Below are positions 1 to 13,065 of a stretch of DNA of 64,000 nt, one piece after another; within the stretch, counting starts at the first letter, position 1, and the number at the start of each line of letters is the position of its first letter. This DNA comes from Vicugna vicugna (Eukaryota): contig MU058217.1 in assembly GCA_013265495.1 (NCBI GenBank), positions 372,001 through 436,000 of the forward strand. Reading direction: 5' to 3'. The notes beneath the pieces are model-generated. The model saw only the letters and a program-made list of their open reading frames with translations. It searched no databases and was not told where the DNA came from. The translations under genes and the position numbers were made by a program.

Positions 1-1774
1 GGTTCTCTGCTGACAGAGGACTTAGAAACTCTCAACACCACCCAGGGTTTCTTGGCTTCTGGGCTCTTGTGTGTACCTCCCGCAGGCTCACGTGTGGCTC
101 GGCTGCAGGGACAAGCCCCCGTCTCCAGCCTCCTTTAATCAAGTCCCTGCTCCGCCCGGGACTGCCTCTGTAAGCTTGTTAGCTTTCACTTTAGACCTGC
201 GGTCCATCTTGAGATAATCTGTGTGTGTGGCACGAGATCAGGGTCAGGACCCCTGTTTCCCCTGTGGTTGCACAGTTGTCCCTGCACCATTTGTTGAAAG
301 GCCGTCTGTTCCCCATTGAAATGCTTGGCACCTTTGATGCACCCTCATCGCCCGTATCTGGGTGAGTTTCTTTCTGGACCTGGTTTTCTGGTTTTGTATC
401 TGCATGACTATCACGCCTGCTTCCATTCCCTCCTTCCCCTACCGTGGACCCCTCACCCGTCTGCCAAATCAAAGTGAGGAGCCAGGCCACCCAGCGTTGC
501 CCCAGCCCGGCTTCCAGGAGCTCAGGCCCGTCAGGCCAAGACAAATGTCAACAGCTTGGATGACCCCATTTCTCACTCCATCTCTTCTTGGTTGGCCCCC
601 CAGCTGAGATCACCCGAGGGGACCTTCTTAGCTGCCAGACTTTAGATAAAAGCAATCAGTCATTTCGCATAGACACCCACCTCGGCCCCAGCCCGCAGCA
701 CGACCGGACAGGCCTGGACTGTGGTCTCAGGGATCCATTCTGTTCTGTTGGGTAATTCTCAGCTGTAGGCCGCCGGGCTCAAAACCCAGAAGCCTCACAG
801 TACGCTGTCTTTTAATCAGCCTTTGCTACTTGAGTTTAGTGAATTCTCTGAGGGAAGTGGCTTTTGGAAGAAATTGAGTCAACTGAACATTCAGCCGGGA
901 TTTACCAGCTGGATGGAGAGGTCTCGAGTCAGGATGCTGGAGTATCATTTGGAAGTTCAGCGAGGTTCAAGAGTTCCAAATAAGGGAGACTGGAGCGTGG
1001 GGGCGTGCATTCGAAGGTCTTGGGGACTTCAGGAGATTGCTTCTATTTGGAGCAGCTCCCTCGAGTGGAAAAGTGATTTAGCTTAGAGGACTTTCTGTTC
1101 TGTTCTCTGCGGGCTCCGGGCAGCCCTGGAGCTCATATCCAGAATCAGTACTAGCCTGGGGGGGTGGGGGGCATGCTTCTGAGGGTGGTGATGGTGAGCT
1201 CTCTGAGAGGTCCCTTGACCCAGGTGGTCCGTCTTTGACCCCTCTTGAAAGTCAAGCCACTGGAGGTTTGCCTGCAAGCCAGGCTACATGGTACCTTCTG
1301 TTTGAGAAGGGCTTCTCCCTAAAAATGCAGCCGTCCTCCTTCCTTGGTTTGCCAGCAGGCATTTGTGCTCCTCAACAATAAACCCGGGAGCGGTGATGGG
1401 AAGGCAGCGGACAGTAACGGGCCAGGTGTCCGGGCCCTCACAGCACTGTACCCCACCTCCCTTTCACATCTCCCCAGTCCTCTGGGCCCCCTGATATTTC
1501 CCCAGGCACTCAGCTGTCTGCCGCGGTCTGTCCTCTCAGCTCCAAGGTCCTCAGCTCAGTTCGGGATGCCTCACCTGGTCCCATCGGGTGAGGTGTGGTA
1601 CCCGCGTTTGTTTTGTGCCCGGCCTCTGCCTCATCCAAGTCCACCGTCTCAGGGGTCCTGCGTTCCCCCAGGACTCGAGGTCGAGACCCACCAGCCAGCC
1701 TCAGGGAGGGCCGTGGTGTCTGACGGGAGGTCGCGCAGCCCTCTCCGAGCCTCACCGTGCCCTTGGTCTTGCAG

Positions 1775-1853
1775 GTCCCTGGGAGAAGCGTGGGCGCAGG
1801 TGAAGAAGAGCCTTGCGGACGAGGCCGAAGTTCACCTCAAGTTCTCCGCCAAG
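1775..1853 (+). CDS. GAS7: GAS7 internal coding exon (F-BAR region); upstream exons lie outside the window
   Basis: ttgcAG|g tcc ctg...gcc aag|GTaacc; encodes (G)SLGEAWAQVKKSLADEAEVHLKFSAK, matching recalled GAS7; 79 nt. Confidence 0.95.
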
Positions 1854-1889
1854 GTAACCTCTCCCCGCGGCCTCCCTGGGTTGGTCCTA

Positions 1890-2337
1890 CACAGCGATGT
1901 ACCGCTGAATGTTTAGCAAATATCTTTCCAGTGTGGTGTCACCCAGTTTCCATGGTGTAAATTTCAAGAGTGCAAAACACGTAGCGTTAGAGGGTCCTCC
2001 CCTGTACCGGTAGCCGTACACGTCCATCAGGAGCATGGGTAACAGTCCCAGGTGGTTAGGAAGGGACAGGGCTGGGTGTGCCTTACCTTTGTTTTTAACG
2101 GAAGTCCTGGGGGTTGAGCCCAACCCGGGACCTCGTGCATGCTAAGCACTCACTCTACCGCTGAGCTAGACCTCCCTCCCTCCCCGTGTTACCTCTGTTT
2201 TTAACATAGTTTGTTAATTTTAAGTTTCGCTCGTGTAATTTTTAATCCTGGCCGTCTTTAACAACCAGGTGACAGAGTTCCTCTGAATTTAACACTGGGC
2301 TCTGGTGAGCCGGTACGAGCCGCCCCTGCTCACCTGT
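1890..2337 (-). mobile_element. MER63-like hAT DNA transposon remnant, interrupted by a SINE
   Basis: gagccggtacgagccg near 2307-2322 and the internal AT-rich body resemble recalled MER63; boundaries approximate. Confidence 0.55.
2101..2185 (-). mobile_element. tRNA-derived SINE (camelid Vic-1-like)
   Basis: Reverse complement has an A-box-like TAGCTCAGCGGTAGAG and core GCTTAGCATGCACGAGGTCC; flanked by TTACCT(T/C)TGTTTTTAAC repeats. Confidence 0.8.
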
Positions 2338-3829
2338 GTGCCGTGAGGGTGGGTGCCCCTCCGTTCCTCAGGTGAGCCCCTGAGTGATGGAACCTCACTT
2401 TCATGTCACTGGGCCTTCAACGGAACGCACTGGCATTTTCTGCCTCTTCTTGGTGTCTAGAGAAACTAGACTGTTTCAAAGGGAGAATTTTGTTTTGTTT
2501 CATTGTTGTTACCAGAGGATTTCAGACTAGGTAACTGGCCCTTCTTTCATTTGGTCCAAAAGACTCTAGCACCGTGACCCCGAGGAGAGCGATGTTTCTG
2601 TGCTGCTCACTCTGCCCTCAGTACCCAGGGTGGTGCCTGGGACATGGTAGATGCTCAATAAATGTTTCCTGGAATTATGAATGAACAGGGCCCCTATCTC
2701 CTCTCGGCCCCCTCATCTTTTCAGGCCTACTTTCTCCCAGGATTTCTCCGAGTTTCCTAATGACCCTCTCTTCCCCAGTCCCTGACTCCTGTCTCCAGGT
2801 TCCCTCTCAAGCTCTCAGTTGCTTCTTAGGTGAAAATAAACCAAGAGTCTAAGGGGGAAATTCACACTAAAGTTTGCATGACTGATGGGACCACCCACTT
2901 GCATGCTTGCCTTTTAAAGGAGGAGGAGCTCCGGAGAGTGGCACCATTCCCAGTGACCTTTGCCTACTGGGTCCACACTCTTTCTTCCGCCCTCCCACAG
3001 TCACCCGTCAGACACAGCAGCCCAAGACAACAGTGGGACAGAGTGCTTAAACCCTCTGAGCCCACATTTTAAAATCAGGGGTACACTACCTCCTTTACTG
3101 AAGGTGGCATCCCGCAGACGGCTGCTCCTTCCCGGGACCTCCACACTCAGCACTCACTGGTCCTCTCTCTTTCCTAGTGCTTTTCCCACAGCAGTTGTGA
3201 TTCTGGGCTTTTGTATCCTGTTGGGGGACAAGACACTGGCTTTGTATCCAGGTCTCCCCACCCCACCCCAGCATGATTCTCCGCACAGTGAGGGCAGAAT
3301 GAATGACTCACAAAGCTGAGACGTGTGGAGGAGCTTTATAAAGAGCTGGGGTGGGAGGAAGGACCAGCTCCTCGCATCTGAAGGATTGCAGTGCCCCAAG
3401 ATGGTGTTGACACCAGATGCGAGGGAGAACTCCTGGGCTGACAGCGGCGCACTAACCTCGTACCCCAAGCATTTTCACAAGGAGATTGCCACTGAGAGAC
3501 AAGGGAGCTCCGTGAATTAGTCTCTTTTGAGCCTTGCTTACAAAGCAGCGAGCTATTTTTGCGCTGCAGCTCATGGCGGTGTTCCCTCTAGGTCTCCCTT
3601 CTCCTCTCCTGCCCCCAGCAGCTCCGTTCTCTGCGGTGAGAAACCTCCACTGACTGTGAGATGAAGGGCGGTGGGGCTGTCGCCGGGAGTGGTGGGGCTG
3701 GGAGCCAGGTCTGCAAGCTTCTGAGTGGTCGCCTGTGGCTCCCCGGGAATCCTGGTGATGTGTACTCTCCATCAGCGGGACCCCGATTCTCGGCTGTTCA
3801 TAAAGTACTCAGCGGGCGACAGAACACCC

Positions 3830-4755
3830 CCGGCACTGTTTCCTTCTGATCTTTCCTTTTACTGCCGCCCCTCGCACCAGTGCTTCTGGTCCCCAGATGA
3901 GTGGGTGGGAAATGGCCAGGGAGGAGCTGGTGCAGGAAGCCTGGAGTGCCCTTCCCGTCCCTGGGCTCCTGGCGCCGACCAGTTCCCAGGCCCCAGCTGT
4001 GTGTCCCACAGTTTAACTCAACTCTGACACTAACTTCCTGGGGTCAGCATCAGACCCCACAGGTTAAGGACTCAGTCCCGCAGAACCCCCCTCCCCACTT
4101 CAGATGGGTCCACTACTTCTGCCAGCTTGGCTAAGGATCAGGGGTTCCCATGACGCCTTCCTCAGGTTTAATGATTTGCTAGAACAGCTCACAAAACTCC
4201 GGGAAACACTAGGTGTATCAGTTTATTGTGTATTAAAGGATATCGTAAAGGATACAGATGAAGAGACACGTAGGGGCAGGTATGAAAGAGTCCTGAGTGC
4301 GGAGAGCCTGTCCCCATGCTGTTCCTGTCCCCATCCTCCCCTCGCGTGGGTGTGTTCACCAGCCCAGGAGCTCTCTGGGGCCTGTGATTTACAGATTTTT
4401 ATGGAGGTTCCATCATGAAGGCATGATCAGTTGTGAACTCAAGCTCCTGCCCCGCCCCTCTCCACAGGGGATGGGGAGTCAGGCCAAAAGTCCCAGGCTT
4501 CTAATCATGGCTTGGTCTTTCTGGTGACCAGCCCCCATCCTGAAGCTTCTGACAAGCCCATCGAGAGTTAGAACAAAAGATGCTCCTATCACCCATGAAA
4601 TTCCAAAGGCTGTAGGAATGGGGTCAGGAACCGGGATCAAAGTCCCAACATTAGATGTAAAGATGCTTCTGGCACCTCAGTTGTTTAGGAAATTGCAGTG
4701 GCTTTAGGAGCTGTGGCCAGGAAAGACCAAACTATATGTTTGTTATTATATCACA
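3830..4755 (-). mobile_element. MER21-like solo LTR
   Basis: Ends tgttattatatcaca (reverse TGTGATATAATAACA, the recalled MER21 start); internal cagaccccacaggttaagg motif; left edge approximate. Confidence 0.7.
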
Positions 4756-5993
4756 GTGATGTACATGTTCTAGGTGGTTATGTGTAGGATGCAAACTCAT
4801 CCCTCTCAATTTTATCAGCCACCACGCAAGACAGCCTCTCCATTTTACACACGAGAAGGAACAGAGAGGTTCCATCACAGCCCATGGTCACACAGCCACA
4901 TGGGCTCAGCTACTGAAGAAGCAAAGGAGAGGACTGAGCAAACTGGAGGCTGGAGCCCCAGACCTTTCCTCCCGGAAGCCCAGTGGCATTGAAAACACAG
5001 AACCCTGTTCTGAGGAGCACAGTACCCTCTCTTAGGGACTGTGCGGGGTGGTGCAAGCTGGCCCTCCAAATGTCAGGATGTTTTAAGTCAGGGCCAACTT
5101 CATCTAGCTGATGGGAGGCTTATGAAGATGATTTCCACAAAATTCACCCATAGGTTTTTCTATAAGAATGTCTGTGCCTCCAACCTGTCAATCATTATTG
5201 GTGGCCCCAGGCAGTCGGAGTGGTGGCCCAGTGGTTATCTGATGATTCCTTAAAAAGAAAAGGCCGCAAGGACTATCCATCCACCAAGGATAACACAGCC
5301 ACGTACACGCAAAACCCATTTTAACATCTGCTCCGAAAGGCTCGTTGAAGTTCCTCCCTGAATGTGCTGTGTCTGGGGCAAGAGCTCTTTAGGAAATGTA
5401 ATTTCATTACGGCAATCTTTTAGGCCTTTCTAGTCTGCTAGCCCGAGCCACTGTTCATAGCAACGGGCTGTTAAAGGAATAAGACTGCTGCGTGTAAAGG
5501 AAGTTACACCTGGTTCTGGGTGAGGAAGGGAGAAGAGAGGGTGAGAGAAAAGCTGATCCCGCAGCAGAGGCCACTCATTCAGCCAGAAGATTTCGGGGGC
5601 ACAGTGGGAGTCAGGAGACATGACTTTTCTGTCGGTGCCATCACTAACAAGCTTTGCAGCCTGGGGCAAGTCACGTAGCATGTCTGAGCTTCCGCTTCTC
5701 CATGTATGAAATGAAGCGTTTCGGCCAGATCAGTGAACTTGAAACTTGTTTGACTGTGACCCACAGCAATACGTTTCTCACACCACCCAGGACGCCCAGG
5801 TATCCACACGCAGCTACGCACACACGTCGCTGAAACAGCTCCTTCGTGACACTGCTTACCCTTTTGCCTGAAATGCACCGTTTTCTATTCGAGTCTGGTC
5901 TCTTCTCATCTGAAAGCTCGTCCTGACCCACTAAACTGATTTCACAACTCTTAGCAACTCACTGTTTGGAAAACAAAAACCCTGGACTACATT

Positions 5994-6296
5994 CAGGCTT
6001 GCCTTATTTTATGTTGCACGTTGCTTTATTGTGTTTTTTACGAACTGAAAGTTCGCGGCCACCAGCGTTGCAGATGGTTAGCATTTTTTAACGATAAAGT
6101 ATTTTTAAAATTAAGGTATGTGCATTTTTAAGACATAATGCTATTGCACACTTTTAATAGACTACAATGTAGCATAAAGGTAACTTGTGCGTGCACTGGC
6201 AAGCCAAAAAACAAAATCCACGTGACTAGCTTTACTGCGATTTCCACTTTATTGTGGTGGTCTGGAACTGAACCGCACTGTCTCTGAGGTCTGACT
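5994..6296 (+). mobile_element. Short Tigger1 internal-deletion derivative (Tigger1a_Art-like)
   Basis: Tigger1 left arm joined to the right arm (cagatggttagcattttt...ggtctggaactgaaccgca...gaggt). Confidence 0.8.
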
Positions 6297-7404
6297 TTAG
6301 TCTCTGAAATTCCTTCCAACTTGAGATTTCTTTTACTCTCTTCTGATGAGTGACTTGAAAGGAGGCAGGAGTTCTGAAAGGCAAACTGAATGGTTGTAAT
6401 AGCCGGTTCCAGCCAAGACAGGCCGACTCGTTCACGAGGGCAAACTTTGCTGGAGGGACTTCTGCCTCCTATTAAACAAAGATGCTGGAAAGTTAAGAAT
6501 GAGTATGAAAAGATACCCAGACAACTTTCTTAAAGAAAAAAAGTTGCCTTTTAAGAGCACTTAACACGTATAGAGAGAATCCATGGATCTTCCATCTACA
6601 GGATTAAATCACTTCTGACAGTTAGTAGCATCGTGTTTCCAGAATGTCGTTTGGAATTTGGGGAGAGCATCTGGCTGCATTGGCAGGATCCCGGGCCCTT
6701 CCCCAGACCACAGGACCTGGGGCCGGGGCCCAGGAGTCCTGTGTGTTGAAAGCCCCTCCAGTCCACTCCTGGACGTGTTGAAGTCTAGACGTCTGTCTCT
6801 TCCCAGGCCCTTGGAAAGAGACCCCAGAGTCACCGGGTCAGCAGGCCCAGTTAACCCACATGGACTCCCATCCAAGGCCTAATCTGTGGGGAAGAGGTTT
6901 TCATCGGCAGCACTCAAGTTTGTAGCATCTTGCGAACTGCCAGCAGATGGGGGTGTTTTCCTGTACAAGGAAACTTCCAAGAGCACAAAAAAAAAAAAAA
7001 AAAGACAGCAGACATTATAACCAACATAGGAGGAGAGGGGCATGTGCGTAGCCTGCTCTCTGTTAGTCTTTGACAAACGTCGTCTTGTCACCCAGGGCAT
7101 CGGGCCCTGGACATTTTGTCATTCTTCCAAGTAGTGAGAGGCACTCATTGCGTGCCAGCTCCGGCCAGATGCTGCGGACACAGCAGCGGCCAAGCCAGCG
7201 TGGCCCTCACCCTCTTAGAGCTCGCAGCCTTGTGTGAGCAGTGGTTTGGTACTAGGAACACCCCATCCTCGAGGTCTCCGGGGAAAGGATAATGTGGCAA
7301 GGGCCTGGTGAGGAGGAAGAGGAGAGAAATCACAGGATCCCGGAGCTGGGATGTCATCCGGCTGGGGACGTTCAGCTCTGCTTCCCAGAGAGACGGGTGG
7401 AGGC

Positions 7405-7625
7405 TGGGGGACCCTGGAAGGCCTGTGGAGGCATCCTGGAAAGCTGAGTCAAGGAGTCCTGGGAAGCTGTGTTGGGGGGGTGGGTCACAGACCAAATCAA
7501 GAGGGTCCTGAAAAACTCTTGGCTGGAAAAGCTGTCTTGGGGGAGGCATAGACCAAATCAGGGGGGTTCTGGAAAGTTGCATAGGAGGCTGAGTCAGGGG
7601 TCCTGGAAGGCTGTGTTGGAGGGTC
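7405..7625. repeat. Degenerate G-rich tandem repeat in a GAS7 intron
   Basis: Core (T)CCTGGAA(A/G)GCTG recurs about 7 times; AGACCAAATCA twice; GCTGAGTCA twice. Confidence 0.6.
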
Positions 7626-8492
7626 AGTGGCCGGAGGAAGCTAAGTTGGGGTGGGTGGGGGTCTGAGAGGCTGAGCCGGGGGGATCTAGTCTGTGACCTT
7701 GACCACAGCAGGTCCACATTTATCTGTTTTCTCACCAGATGCATCTTATGTTCACATCCCCCCCCCAAAAAGTTTTAAGTAAAAAGTTCTTCCAAAGAGA
7801 GTAGAGGGGGAAAGAGGGAAAGAATGAAAGAGAAGGAAGAAGCTCGACAACCCACGTCACCTAGTGCCTCTCAGAGCATAAACCCCTTCTCTGGCCCCCA
7901 GGGTGCGAGGCCAGGTCGGTCTGATGGGATGGGGGTGCGCCTGTCTCCACGCAGCCCTGAGGGTGTAGCTCAGGACAGGGGCCCTGTGAGCTCCCACCTT
8001 GGCTTCTCTGAGCCCTGGACTATGTCCAGACCATCTGTGGTCTCAGCGCCTGGCACACAGGAGACGACCAATAAGTAGCACTGAGTCAGGATCACCTGAT
8101 GAAACGTCATCCACATGCAGTCGCTGTGCCAGGTGCTTGGGGACGCAGGGGTGGTGGCTTGGTTTCCGCACCCAGAAAGCTCCCAGTTTGGAAAGTACGG
8201 AAGATGGACAGACACCTGAGCAAAGCGCTAGAGGAAGTTCTGGGGGCTTAGAGCAGGAAGGGGGTGCCAAAAGGGGACTCGGAAGGTTCCAGACGCTAAC
8301 CTGTCCATCAGCGTGAACACCGGGGCCTGGCCAGCTGGGGTGACTTCCTCAACCGTGACCGGACAAGCAGCCGCTTGTCCCTGCGCTTCCTGCGGGACGG
8401 GCCCCATCCTCCCCTGCGGGGTTGGGGAGAGTGACCCTCCCTCCGCTTGCAGCTGATGCCCGGGGTCCTGAGTGTGTCTCCTTCATTGACAG

Positions 8493-8621
8493 CTGCACAG
8501 CGAGGTGGAGAGACCCCTGATGAACTTCCGCGAGAACTTCAAGAAAGACATGAAAAAGTGTGACCACCACATCGCTGACCTCCGCAAGCAGCTCTCCAGC
8601 CGCTACGCCGCGGTGGAGAAG
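8493..8621 (+). CDS. GAS7: GAS7 coding exon
   Basis: gacAG|ctg cac...gag aag|GTgagg; LHSEVERPLMNFRENFKKDMKKCDHHIADLRKQLSSRYAAVEK; 129 nt, phase 0/0. Confidence 0.96.
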
Positions 8622-9507
8622 GTGAGGGTACAGGACGCCGGGCCTTGTGGGAGCGGTCCTGTGGGGGAGACGGGGCTGGGAGCCAGGAGGGGCTCCATGT
8701 GCCAAGGCAGAGGCCTTTGTTCACTCTGTGGTGGGACTGGGGGCAGCCCTACCCCCAGCTGGAGGGCAGGTAGGAGCTGCTCCCCCTGAGCTGGTGGCGC
8801 TCAGACCCCCGGTGGGAGCAGACGAGGCTGCACCTGCAGTGGGCGATGGAGGGGCCTCCATCCGGCACGTGAGACAGGGTCCACCCTGCTTTCGTGGGAC
8901 TTGGAGTCTGGATGTGCTGCTGGTCCACACAGCACATCCCCCTCTGTCTGGATCTCACCTGGCAGGTTCCCTCCTGACGGAATCGCTTCCCTCCCAGAGG
9001 CTGAGGTGGTCTGACCTCAGTGGGAGCTGCTGGTGGCCAGTCGTGGAGGGAGGGGAGGGCTTCCTGGGGGCTGACTCCAGCCAGCCTTAGAGAGGGGTGC
9101 AGGAGAAGGGGGCACGTACAGCTGCGGGCGCCCCCAAAGGGCCCGTCCTGCCCCAGAAAGCAGTGGCTGGTGCTTCCATCTGCTTAGCCTTGCTGAGAGG
9201 TGACGGAGGGTGGCCTCCGCGGTTCGGGGACTGCCTGGGCCCCCAGTACGTGCACACACTCCAGTGAAAGCACGGTGTGAGACGCTTGCTCTGGGCGGAG
9301 AGGCAGGGGTGGGCCCCTGCAGGGTCCCTCACTGGCTGGGTGATGCGAGTCTAGCTGCTCAGCCTGTCGGAGCCACGTGGCGTCAGCCACAAAAGCAGGG
9401 AGAAGCCAGGACTCAAACCTCGAGGAGGGGAGGCCAGGCCACGTGGGTGCCCCGCGGGCCCTCCTGGCTCTGAGCCCCGTGAACAGCTCCACGTCCTCGG
9501 ACCCCAG

Positions 9508-9631
9508 GCCCGGAAGGCCCTCACGGAGCGGCAGAGGGACCTAGAGATGAAGACCCAGCAGCTGGAGATTAAGCTGAGCAACAAGACAGAGGAGGACATT
9601 AAGAAGGCGCGGAGGAAGTCCACGCAGGCAG
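9508..9631 (+). CDS. GAS7: GAS7 coding exon
   Basis: cccAG|gcc cgg...gca g|GTgagc; ARKALTERQRDLEMKTQQLEIKLSNKTEEDIKKARRKSTQA(G); 124 nt. Confidence 0.96.
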
Positions 9632-10128
9632 GTGAGCGCGGCGCCGCTGCCGTCCTCAGCGGGTCCCAGCAGCCCGGGAAGGAGAGGCCGGGAGACGGGG
9701 CCCCGGGCAGGTGCGTCCCACAGGACGAGGCTGTGGAGTGGGGAGCAGGCCAGGCCATGGCGGGGGCCGGGGCTCCCCACACTCCCCAGAAGGGGCTCCT
9801 TGTGGCTGAAGTCCTGGGTCTCTGGCCAGGAGATGGACCAGCTCCTCCAGGCACCCAGAACTCAGGGGTCCTGTTGCCACGTGGAGCTTCCAGGATAAGT
9901 GCAAACCCCACCCACCCATCTGTCCCACCTCCTCAGGGAGTGACGCTGCACAGTTCACCTGCGGTGACAGGCTTCTGTCCTAGAACAGAAGCCGACATTT
10001 TGCTTGATGAGATAACCACATTTCAGAGTCCCTCCAAAGGAGTGCCCCAGTGAGTTAGCTTCTGCTTCCACCTAGAGGTGAAAATTAGCTAATGCACAAG
10101 GAGGGGGGAGAAAAGCTAGTTAGAATTG

Positions 10129-10210
10129 TGGGGGTAGGTGTAGCTCATGCTAAGCACGCATGAAGTCCTGGGTTCAATTCCCAGTACCTCCACTAAGAAA
10201 AAAAAAAAAG
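10129..10210 (+). mobile_element. tRNA-derived SINE (internally deleted) with A tail
   Basis: ggggtaggtgtagctc...gtcctgggttcaattcccagtacctcc + poly(A). Confidence 0.8.
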
Positions 10211-10477
10211 CTTGCTAAAAAAAATGTTGAATATTTCTAAAAAATCAGTTTTACTGTGTATAAGGACAACACATCTTGCTTCAGGGGATTAACATGTGTG
10301 CTGTGGGATCAGGGTTTGGATTAGATGGTCTCTAAATCCCTTTCATCCTAACTTCTGGTGAACCTAGTACAATCAGTTCATTATAGGATGAAACAGCCAC
10401 CTTATGGACATTTTGAGATAAAGTGGCATAAAAATGTCAATGACAAAGAAATTAAATACAGCATTGTATATAAAGGT

Positions 10478-10540
10478 CTTTTTTTGGACTTTTTTAAGTC
10501 GAAGTATAGTCAGTTTACAATGTTGTGTCAATTTCTGGTG
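10478..10540 (-). mobile_element. Extreme 3' end of an artiodactyl-type L1 (highly truncated)
   Basis: ttttt...gaagtatagtcagtttacaatgttgtgtcaatttctggtg, the same end as the copies at 28386 and 52199. Confidence 0.7.
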
Positions 10541-10632
10541 AGACGAGGGGCCTGGCTCCTAGGTGTAGGTGGGAAAGGGCAGCCACGGTGAGGACAGGAT
10601 GGAGCACTGACGGTGGCATTGGCCCTTTCCAG

Positions 10633-10712
10633 GAGATGACCTGATGCGCTGTGTGGACCTCTACAACCAGGCCCAGTCCAAGTGGTTCGAAGAGATGGTG
10701 ACCACCACACTG
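10633..10712 (+). CDS. GAS7: GAS7 coding exon
   Basis: ttccAG|ga gat gac...aca ctg|GTgagt; (G)DDLMRCVDLYNQAQSKWFEEMVTTTL; 80 nt, phase fits the previous exon. Confidence 0.96.
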
Positions 10713-12123
10713 GTGAGTGACCAGAGATGCATAAGCATGTCACAGTACAGGGACAGGCACTCAGGAAGCCCGGAGTGGAGAGGACCCTGGAGATGGTCTT
10801 TAGGTCCACTCTCGTGCTGGGACCGAGACCTCGGCTCCGGGCCAGTCCGTGTGGATTCAGATCCTTGCTCTGGCCCTTCCGGGCTGTGAACACAGGCAAC
10901 GATCAGTTCTTGCTCTCTGCTCCGCCCCCTGGGGGGTCAGGGTCAACCAAGCAGACAGTGGTCCTTTTAGGAAAAATAACCAAGCTGTAGGGAGCATGAG
11001 CCTCCCCATGCCCCGAAGAGGTGCAGGTCCGAGACAGGAGAGCCCTGTGAGGCGGGTGAACGGGTGAGGTTGGGGCAGCAGTGTGGGAGGGGTCGGGGAG
11101 GCTTCTGACCAGGGGCCAGGGAGTCAGGCATCAGACCCCTTTATCTGATCTCCCGAGTATTTCCGGTGAGGTCAGTCAGCACCTGCTGAGTGGGACAGTG
11201 AGGTGAGGCTGGCACTTGGGCCACTGGACGATGAGAAAGGAGACATGCCAGATGCTCATCACACCGGTGGTCCCACTGCCCAAAGCCACCCCTGTCCATC
11301 TGTCCGTCCAGCGTGGGACTAACCCCCTGCCGTCTCCAGGCGTCAGCCCACCAGAGCAGATTAGAGGCCTCCCCCAGGGACAGTGACCCAGTTTTCCTCC
11401 TGGTCAATCTCCTAATTAAGCTCCTTCTTTACTCTCCCCCAACCTCCGTTAACCACCTGGGCAGTGACCTAGTTGTGTGCAGAATAACAGTCTGATCCCA
11501 TAAACTGCAAAGATGCAGAACCACTGGGGAACCGAAGGGCAAGCCCTGTCCGCTCTTCCCTTTGACAGTGGCCACCCCGCTCCCACCCTCCCGGCCTGTC
11601 CCTGGCTGGTCCCTCAGCACTAGGGGTGGACAGAGGAGACAAGGCCGCCCAGCAGAGGCCTGGGGACAAAGCCCCAGGAGTCTGAGGCACAGAAGCCCCT
11701 GCACATGTTCCGTTTCCCTCCCCCACCAGGGGCTGGGCTGTGCTGGTGCAGAACCACGATTGAGAGGACAGCAGACCCTGGTGCCAAGCCCACTCCTCCC
11801 AGAATGCCGTGTCACTTTGAGCAAGTGATGTTCCCTTTCTGGGAATTAATTCCCTTGTTTGGAGGATTCGGATAAGACTAGAACCTATCCCTTAAATTTA
11901 TTATGACTGTTAAGGAATGCACCCAGCGCGCCTGGCAGAACAAGACTCAGGCGTCAGGAGCTGCTGCACCCGCAGCCACACCTCCTCCCCTGGCTATGGG
12001 GCGAGCTCCTCGGCAGACCCCAGAGGGCCCGATGGGGCAGGGTGCGAGCCGGGCGGTCTGGGCCCTGCGTGGTCCCCAGGGTGCAGCGACACGCTCGGAG
12101 GTTTCCGGTGGTTCCCTCCCCAG

Positions 12124-12222
12124 GAGCTGGAGCGGCTGGAGGTGGAGAGGGTGGAGATGATCCGGCAGCACCTGTGCCAGTACACGCAGCTGCGGCACGA
12201 GACGGACATGTTCAACCAAAGC
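12124..12222 (+). CDS. GAS7: GAS7 penultimate coding exon
   Basis: cccAG|gag ctg...caa agc|GTgagt; ELERLEVERVEMIRQHLCQYTQLRHETDMFNQS; 99 nt. Confidence 0.96.
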
Positions 12223-12513
12223 GTGAGTTCCCGGCGGGGCCCTGGGGACGCGGGCCACCAGGTTAAGGAGCTGCTACAAATGAATCTGTCCTGAAGGCAG
12301 GCGCTGGGCAGGGGCTCGGCCTTGCAGGTGACCGCTGGGGGTGGACGTGTCGATGGCCCTGAACGTCTGCGTGAATCCTTCCTGAGCGCGTGACGTAGAT
12401 GAGCCTGGGCGCTGAGGAGAAAGATGCTCACGATAGTTGAAATCGCTGGAGATGTCATTGCCTCCCCCGGCGGACTTCTTACAATTCTAGAAATATTCAA
12501 AATAGCTGAAACT

Positions 12514-12644
12514 GGGGGGAGGGGTTAGAGTACATGCTTAGCACGCACAAGGTCCTGGGTTCAATCCCCGGTACCTCCATTAACATAACTAACTAAATAA
12601 ACCTAATCTCCCCCAAAACAAAACAAAACAAAACAAAGCAAAAA
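12514..12644 (+). mobile_element. tRNA-derived SINE, long-tail form ending in (AAAAC)n
   Basis: catgcttagcacgcacaaggtcctgggttcaatcccc B-box region; taaataaacctaatctccccc tail. Confidence 0.82.
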
Positions 12645-12951
12645 GCTAAAGCTGAAGTTCCATTTGACCTGCTCTCAGGTGGTAAACGTGGGGACAAATG
12701 GAGAAACAGGTTGCAGACCCACCTGCCTTCTCATCCACCCTGAGGTCTGGAGGCTCCCAGGGACCAGGGCTCCAGGCCCTACCTCTCATGGCCCCCTGCA
12801 CGTGCCCCTTGCCTGGGCCTCCTGGTTGCCTCACGACCCTCTAGAGAGGCTGCTCTGATGGGCGCAAAGGTGCAGGCGGCATGGCTCAGAAGATACGTCC
12901 CTGGCTGGGCCGCCACCTCTGATGGTGTCCCTTCTTTTCCGTCCCTTGCAG

Positions 12952-13065
12952 ACAGTCGAGCCTGTGGACCAACTGCTTCGAAAAGTGGACCCAGCCAAAG
13001 ACCGGGAGCTGTGGGTCAGAGAGCACAAGACGGGCAACATTCGCCCTGTGGACATGGAGATCTAG
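12952..13065 (+). CDS. GAS7: GAS7 terminal coding exon (CDS part)
   Basis: polypyrimidine tract + ttgcAG|aca gtc; TVEPVDQLLRKVDPAKDRELWVREHKTGNIRPVDMEI then TAG at 13063-13065. Confidence 0.96.
   Translation, partial: TVEPVDQLLRKVDPAKDRELWVREHKTGNIRPVDMEI

Noticed and set aside
12948..12955. Second AG 4 nt into the GAS7 last exon (GCAG|ACAG) as an alternative acceptor giving a new C-terminus
   Set aside because: The first AG directly follows the pyrimidine tract and yields the known C-terminus; the sequence gives no support for the frameshifted product.
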